Shown: positions 39,891 to 53,790 of the stretch, piece after piece
How positions within the stretch are numbered: position 1 is the stretch's first letter
Layout of the letters: each line of letters begins with the position of its first letter
Source: Eledone cirrhosa
Taxonomy: Eukaryota
Direction of reading: 5' to 3'
Assembly (NCBI GenBank): GCA_964016885.1
Contig: OZ024741.1
Coordinates: 18,290,001-18,354,000, forward strand
DNA length: 64,000 nt
The notes under the pieces: generated by a model
What the model was told of the DNA's origin: nothing
The model's input: only the letters and a program-made list of their open reading frames with translations
Database searches by the model: none
Made by a program: the position numbers and the translations under genes

Positions 39891-42800
39891 CTACAGGCTT
39901 ATGTAAAGAGAAGGCCCATTCACACGGGCCATTCTCGCCACTTTCACCCACCTTTCATAAAAACAACTGGGGTGGAGCACCTCTCTCTCCATCCTGATCC
40001 TTCTTCCGAAATGATATCGGAAGAAACGGACCAGTTGTTGGCCAGAGAGAAAGGTGCCTGACCTCAGTCCTTTCAGACGCGTCCACCATACAACTTCTTT
40101 CACCATGGCTATTACGCACAGAAACACCGCCTCTCCTTCATCTTTGAAGGGGGAGGCGGCTTTATCATTACAATAGACTCGGTGGTCAACCGGATCGGTC
40201 CCACCCTTGCCAGCAGTTGTTCGACATAGCCCCACAGATCGGCTACGCCCGAGCAGTGTACTAATGCGTGTGCAACGGTTTCCTCGTCGCACACGCATCT
40301 GGGACAGATATTTTTGGCGGGGTCCTTACCCGGGCGCCCGTGTCTGTAGAGCTTTTCTCGAACGGGTAGAGCCCCTCGGTAGCACTGCCAGGCCAGGGAC
40401 TTCTGGAAGTTGTCCATAGGTCCCGGGCTGTATGTCCTACCGAACAGGCTGGCCAGTTCGTCCTCCTCCATGTCTAGGGCTTCTCCGAGGGCGTCGTCGC
40501 ACCTGCTGCGTACCAGCCCTCTATAGAATGTTGCGGTGGAGTCTCCACTGATAACCGGATCTGCCTGCCAGAGGGCGGTGAGCGCCTGGGCACACTCAGT
40601 GTGCCAGGCGCCCAGTTTTCTCGGTCTTTGCTTGACCCAGGATTGCAGCTCGGTGAGTGAGACGAGTCTGGGAAAGGTTCGTCTCACAAACGAGGCCCAC
40701 ACCGGTTGACCGGTGAGGAATACGTAGAGGTGCCGTAGCCTTAATGCGTGTTTACGCATCATTAGCCACGGCATCCCCAGCCCTCCTTTCGAAGGGTGTT
40801 GACAGCAGATGGATCTCCTCACCATAGGAGCCCGCCTCTTCCAAAGGAATTGGAAGAGCGCGCGCTCCATCTTGGTGAGGGTTTCCCTTGGGCAGGGCAC
40901 TACGGTCAGGCGGTAGTAGATGACGGACGCTATATAGGTGTTCGCCACCTCCGCCCGACCTTTCATGGATAGTTTGCAACTGGCCCACTTCTGGGTCAGT
41001 GCAAACACCCTGTTCGTAACCTCCGCCCAGTTTTTCTCCACCTGGAGGTCCGGTCCGAACCAGACCCCGAGCAACTTCACCGGGCCCTCCGTCCAGCGTC
41101 CGACGACGCCATCGGAGGGCATCGATCTGCCCCTCCACGTGCCGAGTTGCAAACCGATCGACTTGTCCCGGTTCACCTTAGCCCCTGTGAACCTTTCGTA
41201 CTCCTCCAGTAAGGTGCCGACCGCCTCGATTTCGGAGGCCGTCGACACCATTGCTGTCACGTCATCGGCGTAGGCCGACACCGCTTTCCGCAATCCCGGT
41301 TCCAAAGGGATGCCCTGCAACAACTCCAACTTCCGCAGTAGTGGCTCGAGAGTCAACACATACAGAAGGGAGGAGAGAGGTAGCCGTTCACCTTGACCCT
41401 AGAGCAGATGCGGTCGCTGTGCATAGCAGTGATCCAGCCCCTGAAAACGGGTCCGAAGCCTGCCGCCGCTAGCACCGCATCCAGGTAACCATGGTCGACC
41501 CTATCGAACGCCTTATATTGATCCAAGTTGATCAGAGCCCCACCAAAGCCGGGTTCGTTCCCAACCCTCTCTATGATGTATCGCATGAGGTGGAGGTTGT
41601 CATGGATGGACCTGGACGGGATAGCGCATGTCTGCGCATCTCCCACCAGGTTGCCCACGACAAGCGCCAACCTCTTTGCTAGCACCTTGGCCAAAATCTG
41701 TAACTCTGTATTTAGCAGAGTTATGGGCCTGAAGTTACTTATTTCATCTCCCTTGTTTTCGTCCTTCCTCACTAGCGTGACTACGCCCTTGGTCACAGTA
41801 CAGGGAATTCTCCTGTTCTGATGCCAGTTGCAGTAGACCGCCTCGAGGAGATCGGGGAACAAGTCCGGCTTAGCTAGATATAATTCGTAAGGAAGACCAT
41901 CGAGACCCGGGGATTTGCGTTTGCCGCATTGGCTCAGCACGTCCTCTATCTCAGCAGCCGAAATTGGCTCCTCGCAGGACTTCGCCTCCCTGTCCGAGAG
42001 ACGCGGCAGGCCGTCGAGGTATGGACCGAAGTCCACGTTCCCAACCGGTTCCCCGCCCCTCCCGAACAGTCGGGCAAAGTGCCTTTGAAAGGCCTCACAC
42101 ATCTGCTTAGGCTCAAGAATCGCCCGTCCATCCAGGTCTCGCAAAGACCGGATGGTGGATTTAGTTCCACTGTTGGCCTCTGTCACGCGGGCCCAGCTAA
42201 CAGCTTTGGTCCCCTCATTCCCTAGAGCACGTATTTTACTTCGGACAACGCAGCCTTCGTGCTTCGCGTCGAAAAACTGGCTCAAAGCCGTTCTCGACGC
42301 TAGCACTCTGGCCACGTCGCCGCTTCTAATTGCCTCTTCTACTCTATCTATTAGCTCCCTTTCCTTCCTATTCCTATCCGCAGCTAGAACCTTACTAAAT
42401 TCTATCGAGACTACCCTAATCTCTCTCTTTAGAGATACCCACCACCTGCTGTTGACGATCGCTCCAGTCAACCGTTCCTTAACTAACGTGCTAATCCGAT
42501 CCCTGTAAGCTCTACTTGCCGGCAAGGACAAGTTGAGCTTCCAGTAACCGGGGCCCTGTCTATGCGTTCTATCAAGGTTGACCATGCAGGTCACCAACTT
42601 GTGGTCTGAATAGCCAACCATGAGCATTTCTGGACTACTTAGGGTTGCACCCCTCTCTATCGGGACATGCCCCTGCATAGTCCCAACGTGCATCCAGGAT
42701 ACCATTCCAATCCCCCACTAAAAGCAGGGAACGGGACGTCCCTAGAAAAGACTCCAGACGCTGGAAAAAGTCGGGCCGCTCTGTCCCAAAAGGGGCATAT

Positions 42801-43132
42801 GCGGCTACCAGCCTAAAGGCTCTACCTTCACCACTGCCAAGGTCCAGCACCACCAGTCGACCCCCTGGGTCCAAGTGAACTATCTGTGTTGCAAGGCCCA
42901 GATGTTTTTGCAGCAGAACGACAACCCCACCCCCACCTCCGGGCTGACAGAGAGATGCGTGCATCTCAAAGTCGTCAAAGGTGGGGGCTAGCTGCCGCAT
43001 GTTGCTGATCCGGGCCTCGCAGATAACCATCACATTTATAGATTGTGACCTGAGGTCATTTAGAAGCATTGCTTGCTTCCAAGATGAGCCCAGGCCACGC
43101 GCATTTAGACACCCTACTCTTAGCACAGCCAT
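39891..43132 (-). pseudogene. ORF2 of copy B with deletions in EN (about 42640) and RT (about 41375) and a frameshift at about 40140
   Basis: MAVLRVGCLNARGL start; AYADD and CPRC..H..C present; QGCP box and SYLDR segment missing relative to A. Confidence 0.9.
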
Positions 43133-44984
43133 GTTGGTGGCAAGGAGGAAAGGCACTTACCTCTCTGCGTCCCGGGAAACGGGCCGCTCAATTTCCATGC
43201 TGGTTGGGGATGGGTTGTTGGGTGGTGTGGTGGTTTGTGGAAGTGAAGGGGCACGGTGTGTTGTGGGGTTGGGGTGTTTGTGGTTGAGTGGGGGGTGGGG
43301 GTGGGGGTGAATTTTTTTAGGAGGACGCGGTTGATTGGTTTGGCGCAGGGGGGGCCCACGTCCTCCGTGAAATTTATTTTCAGTGTTTTGTACACGTTCA
43401 TTGGGACTTTTATCATTTTTAAATGAGGTAGTCCCACAGTAGTTATAAAGTTAGGCCCTTCAGTTTGGACCGAAGGGTTTGCTGAAATTGTTTTCCGTAA
43501 TTCTTTGTTGTCTGTGTTCATGTATGTATATTGTAAGGTCTTTTTTTGTGTAGCAGTTAGTGTTGTGTGACAGGGAGGGGTGGTTTGTGTGTAGTTTGTG
43601 TTCTCTAGGGGGGGGGGTAAAGTTAACATGTGTGTCTGTGGTGCGTCTCCTCTTCTTTTTTTTTACTTGTTGGAAGGGATCTTTTTCGTCTTGCGACGAA
43701 AGGGGTTCGTCTTCCTTGTTGGGTGGGAGGGGTATGTTTTCTGGTTGTGTTTGCGGTGTGTGTGTTTTTGTATTTGTTTTGGGTGGGGAGGGATTGGGTG
43801 GGACAGTATTCTGTGTTATTTTTTCACGTGTTTGTTGTTGTTGTTGTTGTTGTTGTGGTGGTGGTGGTGTTGGTTTTTGTTGTTGTTGTTGTGGTTGTTT
43901 TTGTTGTTGTTGGGGTGGTGTTGGTGTTGGTAGCAGTGTTTTTTTCTGTGTGAGCTGGGGACAGGCAGCCCTCAGGTGACCTCTATTTCCACAGAGGTTA
44001 CAGGAGGGACGCCTACCCTCCACAATAATGTTGAGGTGGGTACGGTCATCCAGCATGACGCGCTCAGGGATTTGGGCGATACGTTCTGGCCTTATTTGAG
44101 TCAGAACTTCGATGCTCGTTCCACTGAACGCGTCGCCGGATGCCTTCCCTATTGAAATGAGGTTGTCCTCGTCTAAATTGAGGAAACCGGTTAGTAACCA
44201 CCAGTAGTTTATGTTTGGGGTGATGGTGGTTATCCATATCCTCTGGGTTTTTTTACCCATGTAGGTGGGGAAGAAGGTGTAGTGTGTGGAACGAATTAGC
44301 GACACATATTTTTTAGCCGCCAATTCGTCTTTCATCAATATCGATAAACTCCCATAGAGTTTATCCTTTTGTATAAAAGTGATGTCTCTCATCGCTTCTT
44401 TCAGTACTAACTGAATTTCAGCTTGAGATGGTTGTGCTGGTTTTTTTGTTTTATTTAAAATTGTCCGGAATACAACAGTTCGTAATTCCGTCTGTTTTTT
44501 TTAGTTCTGGAGGTGAATGTATAGAAAACGAACCGTTTTCGCTAAAAGATACATATTTCTTGGCTTTTTCCAGCATTTCTTTTGCTTTTGAAATATCTTC
44601 CAGCACATACGCGACTGATAATTTAGCCGTTTGTGCAAAAGATATTTTGTTTTCGTTGTTGGTGTTTGTATTGTTTTGTTTCTCGTCGTTTGAGTTGTTT
44701 TCATCTTTGTTGTTGTTGTTGTTGTCTTTCTCATTTGGTGTGTGGATACTTGTGACGTTTGTGTTGTTGTTTTTGTTGTCTTTATTGTTGTCGTTGTTGT
44801 TGTTGTTGTTTTCAATTTCTTGTATAGTTGTGGCTACATCTAGTGGTCGGTCAACAGGTGAAGACAATTCTTCCTCCTTCTGACCTCTGCCTTTGGCATC
44901 TGCTGCTGTGACAGTGGCAGGGGGAAGCTGTGAGTATGACTTCCCCTTTCCTTCTTTGATTGATGGTGAAGATGCTTCAGCCAT
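43120..44984 (-). pseudogene. ORF1 of copy B, several frameshifts
   Basis: CNLCGNRGHLRAAC knuckle; RPERIAQIP, IIVEGRRP and KKTLQYTY blocks shared with family A. Confidence 0.85.
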
Positions 44985-45205
44985 TTTTCTCAAAATAGGG
45001 TTTTTCGAAGTTTTTCGAAAGATAAAATGTTTACAATACTATTTCGCCCAAAGGCGCAGAATATTTTGAGAGACCGATCAGATCAAAATTTGACCTGGCA
45101 GTCCCTCTACAAAATGGTACAAAAATGAAAGTTTACAGTTTACAATTTCCGTATGAATTTAAACAAAACTTACCGAGCGAGCTCAGCACATGTGTCCATC
45201 GTAAA

Positions 45206-45272
45206 ATAGAGATAGATAGATAGATAGAGATAGATAGATAGTTAGATAGATAGATAGATAGAGTAGATAGAT
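45206..45272. repeat. Imperfect (GATA)n spacer between B and A2
   Basis: AGAT units with a few interruptions. Confidence 0.93.
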
Positions 45273-45504
45273 AAATTTCTATTTATTTGCCACGAGGGCA
45301 CAAAAGAAGGGGACATTTACACAGTGGGGGAGTTTACATAAATCGAGTAAAGAAAAAAGGAATAACAATAATAATATAACAATAAAAGTCCTCAAAAGGG
45401 AGGGGGCGTGTTGGGGATTGCACATACCCCCGAAAAGTGTGCAACTCTTTTCGCGGGGGAAGCCCAGAGAGGAGGCGCTCCCCCTTTCCTCTTCACTTCT
45501 TCAC

Positions 45505-48500
45505 CTACAGAACAATGTAGAGAGAAGGCCCATTTACACGGGCCATTCTCGCTTCTTTCACCCACCTTTCATACAACTGTCTGGGACCAAGCACTTCTCT
45601 CTCCATCCTGATTCTTCTTCCGAAGTGGTATCGGAAGAAGTAAACCAGGTGATGGCCGGAGAGAAAGTCACCCGACCTCAGACCTTTCAGGCGCGTCCAC
45701 CACACAACCTCTTTCATCATGGCTATTACGCACAGAAAGACCGCCTCTGCTTCATTTCTGAAGGGAGGAGGCGGCTTGATGTTCACCACAGACTCGGCGG
45801 TTAATCGAATCGGCGCCACACGCGACAGCAGTCGTTCGACGTAGCCCCACAGATCGGCAACGCCCGGGCAGTGTACCAGTGCATGCGCAACGGTTTCCTC
45901 GTCGCGCACGCATCTGGGACAGATCTTTTTCGCGGGATCCCTGCCCGGGCGCCCGTGTCTGTAGAGCTTTTCTCGAACGGGCAGAGCCCCCCGGTAACAC
46001 TGCCAAGCTAGGGACCTCTGGAAGTTGTCCATGGGTCCCGGGCCGAAAGTTCTACCGAACAGGCTGGCCAGTTCGTCCTCTTCCATGCCTAGCGACTCTC
46101 CAAGGGTGTCGTCGCCCCTGCTAGCCACCAACCCTCTATAGAATGTCGAGGTGGATTCTCCACTGACAGTCGGGTCCACTTGCCAAATAGCCGTGAGCGC
46201 CTGGGCACACTCGGTGTGCCAGTTGCCCAGTTTTCTCGGTCTTTGCTTCACCCAGGATTGCAGTTCGGTGAGCGAGACGAGCTGTGGGAAGGCTCGCCTC
46301 ACAAACGGGGCCCACACCGGCTGACCGTTGAGGAATACCTGTAGATGCCGTAGCCTCAATGCGTGCCTACGCATCAACAGCCACGGCATACCCAGCCCTC
46401 CTTTCGAAGGGTGCTGGCAGCAGATGGATCTCCTCACCATGGGAGGCCGCTTCTTCCAGAAGAACTGGAAGAGCATGCGTTCCATGATGGTGAGCTTTTC
46501 CTTGGGGCAAGGCACGACGGTCAGGCGGTAGTAGATGACGGACGCTATGTAAGCGTTCGTCACCTCCGCCCGACCTTTCAGTGATAGTTTGCACTTGGCC
46601 CACTTCTGGGTCAGCGCAAACACCCTGCTCGTCACCTCGCCCCAATTCTTCTCCACCTGGAGGTCCGGTCCGAACCAGACCCCGAGCAGCTTCACCGGGC
46701 CCTCCGTCCACCGCCCGACGACACCGTCTAACGGCATCGGTTTGCCCCTCCACGTTCCGAGTTGCAAACCGACTGACTTGTCCTGGTTCAGCTTAGCCCC
46801 CGTCAGCCTTTCGTATTCCTCCAGTAGGGTGGCGATCGCCCCGATTTCCGAGGCGTCCGCCACCATTACTGTTACGTCGTCGGCATAGGCCGAGACCGCT
46901 TTGTGCAATCCCGGTTCCAGGGGTATGCCCCGCAGCAACTCCAACTTCCGCAGCAGTGGCTCGAGAGTCAATACGTACAGAAGGGAGGAGAGGGGGCACC
47001 CCTGTCTGATGGATCGGGTGATTTGAAACGGCTCCGAGAGGTAGCCGTTTACTTTAATCCTAGAGTAGATGTTGCCACTGTGCATGGCAGAAATCCAGCC
47101 CCTGAAAACGGGTCCGAAGCCCGCCGCCGCTAGCACCGCATCCAGGTAACCATGGTCGACCCTATCGAACGCCTTAGATTGATCCAAGTTGATCAGGGCC
47201 CCACCAAAGCCGGGTTCGTAGCCAACCCTCTCTATGATGTATCGCATGAGGTGGAGGTTGTCGTGAATGGACCTGGACGGGATAGCGCATGTCTGCGCGT
47301 CTCCCACCAAACCACCCACCACAAGCGCCAACCTCTTCGCCAACACCTTGGCCAAAATCTGTAACTCTGCATTCAGCAGAGTTATGGGCCTAAAGTTACT
47401 TAAGTCGTCCCCCTTGCTCTCGTCCTTCCTCACTAGCGTGACCACGCCCTTGGTCACAGAACAGGGAATTCTCCCGTTCTGTTGCCAGTTGCAATAGACA
47501 GCCTCGAGGAGTTCGGAGAACAAGACCGGCATAGCTAAATAAAGTTCGTATGGTAGACCATCGAGACCCGGGGATTTGCGTCTGCTGCATTGGCTGAGCG
47601 CTTCCCCGATTTCAGTGGCTGTGATTGGCCTTTCGCAGCACTCCGCTTCGCCGCTCGAAAGACGCGGTAGACCGTCGAGGTATGGACCGAAGTCCACATC
47701 CCCGTCCGGCCCCCCGCCACCTCCGAACAGTCGAGCAAAGTGCCTTTGAAAGGTCTCGCACATTCGCTCAGGTTCAAGGATCACCCGTCCATCCTGGTCT
47801 CGCAAAGACCGAATGGTGGATTTAATCCCACTCTTGGCTTCTGTCACGCGGGCCCAGCTAACAGCTTTGGTCCCCTCGTTTCCTAAAGCACGTATTTTAC
47901 TTCGGACAACGCAGCCTTCGTGCTTCGCGTCAAAGAACTGGCTCAATGCCGTTCTCGTCGCTAACACTCTGGCTACGTCTCCGCTCCTAATCGCCTCTTC
48001 TAGTTTATCTGTTAACTCCCTTTCCCTCCTATTTCTATTCGCCGCTAGTTCCTTACTGTAACCTATCGAACTTACTCTAATCTCTCTCTTTAGAGATATC
48101 CACCACCTACTGTTGACGATCGCTCCCGTCAACCGCATCTTAACTAAGCTACTAATCTGGTTTCTGTAATCTTTCTTTGTCGGTAAGGACAAGTTCATCT
48201 TCCAGTAACCGGGACCCTGTCTATGTATTCTATCAAGGTTGACCACGCAGGTCACTAATTTGTGATCTGAATAGCCAACCATGATCAGTTCTGGACAACT
48301 AAATACGTCCCTATCCTTACTCCTAACCAAACACCTATCTAGGTACGATCTAGATTGTCCACTGCGGTTTGCCCAGGTCCAGGTTGGCGCAGTTGGACAA
48401 TCTAGTCGAAATCTATCGACCAGGTCGAATCGATCGAGTAACCCCTTGAGGCTGCTACATCCCCCTCTATCGGGACATGCCCCTGCATAGTCCCAACGCG

Positions 48501-48946
48501 CATCTAGGATTCCATTCCAGTCCCCCACTAAAAGCAGGGAACGCGACGTTCCTAGAAAAGTCTCCAGACGCTGGAAGAAGTCGGCTCTTTCCGCCCCGAA
48601 GGGAGCATAAAGACCGACCAGTCTGAAAGCCCCGCCTTCACCGCCTCCGACGTCCAGCACCAGTAATCGACCCCCCGGGTCCGAGTGAACAATCTGTACG
48701 TCGAGAGTCAGACGTTTATCCAGCAGTACGGCAACTCCCCCCCCCCCCGCCTCCGGGTTGACAGAGAGATGCGTGCATCTCAAAGTCATCGAAGGCGGGC
48801 GCCAGCTGTCTCACGCTGCTGATCCGACTCTCGCAAACAACCATCACATCTATACTTTGTGACCTGAGGTCACTTAGAAGCTTTGCTTGCTTCCAAGCTG
48901 AGCCCAGGCCACGCGCGTTCAAACAGCCAACTCTCAATTGATCTAT
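45505..48946 (-). pseudogene. ORF2 (EN-RT-CCHC), open except for a frameshift in a G-run at about 48740 and no ATG
   Basis: Same motifs as A1; more than 1,070 uninterrupted codons after the G-run. Confidence 0.92.
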
Positions 48947-50780
48947 TTTGGTGTTGAAAGTGAAGAAAGAAAAGCACTTACCTCTCCGGGTTGCGTAATT
49001 TCCATGGCATCAGGTGTGTTGGGTGGAGGGATGTTTTGTGGTGGTGTGGGGGTACACGTGTGTGGTGGGGTTGGGGTATTTGGAGTTGTGTCAGGGAGAG
49101 GGGCGGTTATGGGGAAATCTTTCAAGAGGACGCGATTCAACGGTTTTAAACAGGGGGGGGGCTCACGTCCCGTCTAAATTGTTCTTTTAAGGAACGATAA
49201 AGGTCCAGAGGGACCTTTATCATTTTTAAATGGGTGAAGTTCTCTGTTGAGATAAAGTTTGGCCCTTCGGTCTGCACCATAGAGTTATTGTTTATTAATT
49301 TAACCAGTTTTTTGTTTTCTTTATTTATATATGTGTATTGCAACGTCTTTTTTTGTGATGCTGTCAATGTTTCGGAGAGGGGAGGCGCAGATTTATTTTT
49401 GTTTGTTGAGGGTGGGGTGTTTTTGATTGGAGTTGGTGTTTGTGTGTGGGTTATTTGTGGTGTGCTGGGTGTGTGTTTTCTTTTTTTTCTTTTAACTTGT
49501 CTGAAGGCTTCTCCTCCTTCTTCTTCAGAAGTTGGGGGAAACTCTTCAGCGCTAGGTGGGAGGGACGTGTTGTGTGGTTGTTTTTTTTTTGCGGGAGGGG
49601 TAGATTTGTTACTGTTTTTTTTATTATTTGTTTGGAATGGGTTTTGTGGTGGTGGTGGTGGTAATGTTTGTGTCGTGCTTGTGGTTGGTGATGGTGGTGG
49701 TGATGTTTGTGTTGTGGTTGGTGGTGGTGATTTTTGTGTCGTGCTTGTGTTTGGTGCTGGTGGTGGTGATGTTTGTGTTGTGTTTGTGGTTGGTGGTGTC
49801 TGTATTTTGTTTGCTGTGTGTGGTATTAGTGTATTTTTGGAGGTGGGTGGTGCTGGTGTACTGTTTGTGGTGGGTGTGGGCAATAGTCCTTTTTGGGGGA
49901 TACGTTTCGGGCAGTTAGCCTTAACGTGTCCCCTTTCCATGCATAAATAGCATGCTGGTCTTCTCCCCTCTACAATTATGTCTATTGGGGTAAGGTCATC
50001 CAGCCAGATGCGATCCGGGATTTGTGCTATTCTTTCGGGCCTCATTTGGACTAGTATGTCGAGGCCCATTCCCAGGAACGCATCTCCAGTTGCCTTCCCC
50101 ATTGACAGCATAGTGTCTTCGCCCATATCAATGAAGCCAGCAATAGCCCACCAGAAGTCCATTGTGGGCAGCATTGTTTTTACTTTTACTCTCTGTGTTC
50201 TTCTACCCATGTAGGAGGGATAGAAGCTATATGTTGTCGACGAGAGTGGGCTTAGGGAAAGCTTCTCCGCCGTTTCTTTGTCTCTTGTTAGGACCGAAAT
50301 GCTGCCATAGAGTCGGTCCTTTCGTATGAAGAGAATATTCTTCATATAGTCTTTTAGGACTAACTCTATTTCCATTTGGCTGGGCTGTGCTGGCTTTCTT
50401 GTCTGGTTCAGTATAGTTCTGTATAGAACTGTGTTTTCTGCTCTGGCTTTCTTGAATTCTGGGGGGGAGTTAATGGAAAACATTCCGTTCTCCCCCAAAA
50501 CAATGTGTTTCTTTGCTTCGGCCAGTTTTTCTCTGGCGGCAGTTAGGTCAATTGGTGTGTATGTAATGGATTGTTTTGTTTTCTGGGCGAAAGTTGCCCT
50601 GTCGTTATTTGTATTATTTTCTGTTTGTTTGTTTTCTGTTTGCTCATTTTCCTTAACATTTGTTTTTTCATTTTGTTTGTTTGTTTCAATGTCTAATTTT
50701 GTTGTAATTATTTTTTGTTCTTCAGACTTGGGGGGCGTGGCAGAGCTAATGGCAGACATGTCTGCCATCTTTTCCGCCAT
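48943..50780 (-). pseudogene. ORF1 with CCHC knuckle; single frameshift in a homopolymer at about 49155
   Basis: 553-aa ORF plus 65-aa tail matching the A1 C-terminus; CYLCMERGHVKANC. Confidence 0.88.
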
Positions 50781-51011
50781 GCTGCCAAGAAAGAAATTTT
50801 TCGGCAAAAATAGATATTTATTTTACCCCCTAAAAAGGGGGTAAATGCAAAAATGTTTCCCTAAATAACAGGGGTTAGTGTTCCAAATGTGTTGCACTAA
50901 AAAATTTATCCGGTACTTACAATAGTAAGGGTAAATCCCGATGGAATAGCGGAGCCGATGCGAAGCGTGACTTACTCTATCAAGATAGATAGATAGATAG
51001 ATAGATAGACA

Positions 51012-51101
<90 letters not shown>

Positions 51102-51333
51102 CAGACAGACAGATAGATAGATAGAGAGAGAGAGAGTGAGATAGAGAGGGAGGGGGAGAAAGAGTGATTGATTGATAGATTAAACTATAATTGGTCATTA
51201 GAGACAAACCAGTAGATAGCTTATTGAAGATCATCAGTGGAATTTCAGATCTTGGAGATTTAATGTATATTAATGAAATAAATGTATACGGTAGAAGTAT
51301 GTATGTATATATATATTATTTATGTTCATACAC

Positions 51334-51406
<73 letters not shown>

Positions 51407-51418
51407 TATATATGTATG

Positions 51419-51491
<73 letters not shown>

Positions 51492-51987
51492 TCACATATA
51501 TATGTAAAAGTGCTTTTCGTCTTAAAACCAGCCACAGTAGTTTATTTCTTAATTAATGGTACGGCTGACTGATATATATACGCTTATTCACAAACCCATA
51601 CACATATCTATATGTGTGTGTGTGTTTGTATGAGTATATATATGAATGTATGTGTATATGTATATAAGTGCATATATGTGTATGTGCATATGTACATATA
51701 TATATATATTTAGATACATATTCATATGTATGTATATTTTTGTGAGTGTGTTTTAAAGAAGAAATCGTTAAATGTTATATCTGAACCTAAATATTTCCAA
51801 ACTATGTAGATATATGTAAAAAATGTATTAATGACTAGATAATTAGAATACTTTAATTAATGAGACAGGTTTAAAACACCCGACAGATGCTGTGAATCTG
51901 TGTCAAAAGTGCGACATTTTTCACACTCCATAGTCATCAGTTCCGTATTTATATATATATACATGTGTGTGCGTGTGTGTGTATGTG

Positions 51988-52078
<91 letters not shown>

Positions 52079-52197
52079 ATGTATATATATATATATATAT
52101 ATGTGTGTGTATGTATATGTGTATATATATATATATATGTATAAATATATATATATATGTGTGTGTGTGTATGTATATCTATATATATATGTGTGTA

Positions 52198-52301
<104 letters not shown>

Positions 52302-52409
52302 CACACGCACATGTATATTTATATATATATGTGTGTGTATTTAAAATGCTGGAGAGAACAACAAAGATTTATGAATACATGTATATATTTGATGGCTAAC
52401 GAGTTGTTT

Positions 52410-52585
52410 CAATCGGGGGTACCCACAGTAAGTAAGGTACTCAATACATAGCAGAATATAAATATCTAATATAGAAATGGCTTCTACAGGACTAGAAGTG
52501 TTTCATTTGAAGGAAATCATCAGGGCTTTCCTGGTGATTTCCTTCGAATGAAACAGTTCTAGTCCCGTAGAAGCCATTTTTATAT

Positions 52586-52590
<5 letters not shown>
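52410..52590. mobile_element. Fold-back fragment with degenerate hammerhead-like cores; related fragment at 57430-57515
   Basis: About 55-bp inverted arms; CTG(A/G)TGA-TTTCCTTC(A/G)AAT-GAAACA on each arm; stem I not evident. Confidence 0.5.
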
Positions 52591-52640
<50 letters not shown>

Positions 52641-52765
52641 AAAAAATGAAACGAAATTTCATTCCTCACTCTTAGTACGGCTGTTACTTAAATATAAGTA
52701 TGTATACGTACATACATATATGTATACAGACGTAGAGTAGTATGTATATATATACATACATGCAC

Positions 52766-52888
<123 letters not shown>

Positions 52889-53055
52889 CGTATGGATTTA
52901 CCGAACATTTATTATAATGCTCGGTTTGTTTGTAAACAAACATCCCGAATTAAGCCGTACAGTGTTTAGCAACCATCGTTGCTGACGATAGCTAATAAGC
53001 TTGAAACTAGTACATCGATCTTTTGTCAGTGTTGAACAAAAGGGCCACGCGTATA

Positions 53056-53685
53056 CCTCCTAAATCCTGACTCCAAGTACATTTTATCAGTTATCTCTCC
53101 ACCACCTTAGCACGACATCTAATGTACCCTACAGCAGTTTTCACATGTCAATTTCATACATCTGTATCATATCAGTTCGTTTAATGTGCTAGATTCATCA
53201 TTATACTCTATTTCTTACTTATATTGATGTTATTATTTTAACTATCAGTATCTAGTTATTTTATTATTGATATTATTGTTCTGGTTTAATACCACTCCTC
53301 TATAAAAGCCATGCCTTGAGTATCTTCCTCACTTTCGCACGCTCTGATGAAACGACTGGTTATAAACAAAGCATTGGAGAAAGATTGACGCAACATCAAG
53401 CGAGTAGTGAACTCTAGACCTATCAGATCAAAGAAACAATTGTCAGCAATGTGAATAAAGCCCTTATTGTATAGCCAACCATGTCACTCTTCTGTCTTGA
53501 ATTATTATTACTCCAAGTATAAACTACATAGAAATCACCGCGAACTCGCAGCATCACTATGGAAACGTCTTGCTGAGTCAAACTAAGCCATACATTAATA
53601 CCATCCACAACACGGAGTACTCTAACTGGACTACATCTAAGTGGACTGCCTATAACGATAACCTGTTATCCCGTATATATATATA

Positions 53686-53695
<10 letters not shown>
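53056..53695 (+). mobile_element. Second copy of the 24612-25250 pseudo-LTR, hammerhead at 53341-53447
   Basis: Near-identical sequence; GCT-CTGATGA...GAAA-CAATTG-TC-AGC. Confidence 0.75.
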
Positions 53696-53744
<49 letters not shown>

Positions 53745-53790
53745 CAGGAAAGAAGGTTTACATGGTTTGCTATACAAAAAAGTTTTTAAT

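Larger units (their letters stand above)
39627..45205 (-). mobile_element. Tx1/L1-clade non-LTR retrotransposon, family B (diverged sister family, decayed)
   Basis: ORF2 strongly similar to family A; ORF1 and 5'UTR much more diverged. Confidence 0.92.
45273..50983 (-). mobile_element. Tx1/L1-clade non-LTR retrotransposon, family A copy 2 (about 5.7 kb, apparently full length)
   Basis: End-to-end near-identity with A1; followed by (GATA)n at about 50984-51010. Confidence 0.93.
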
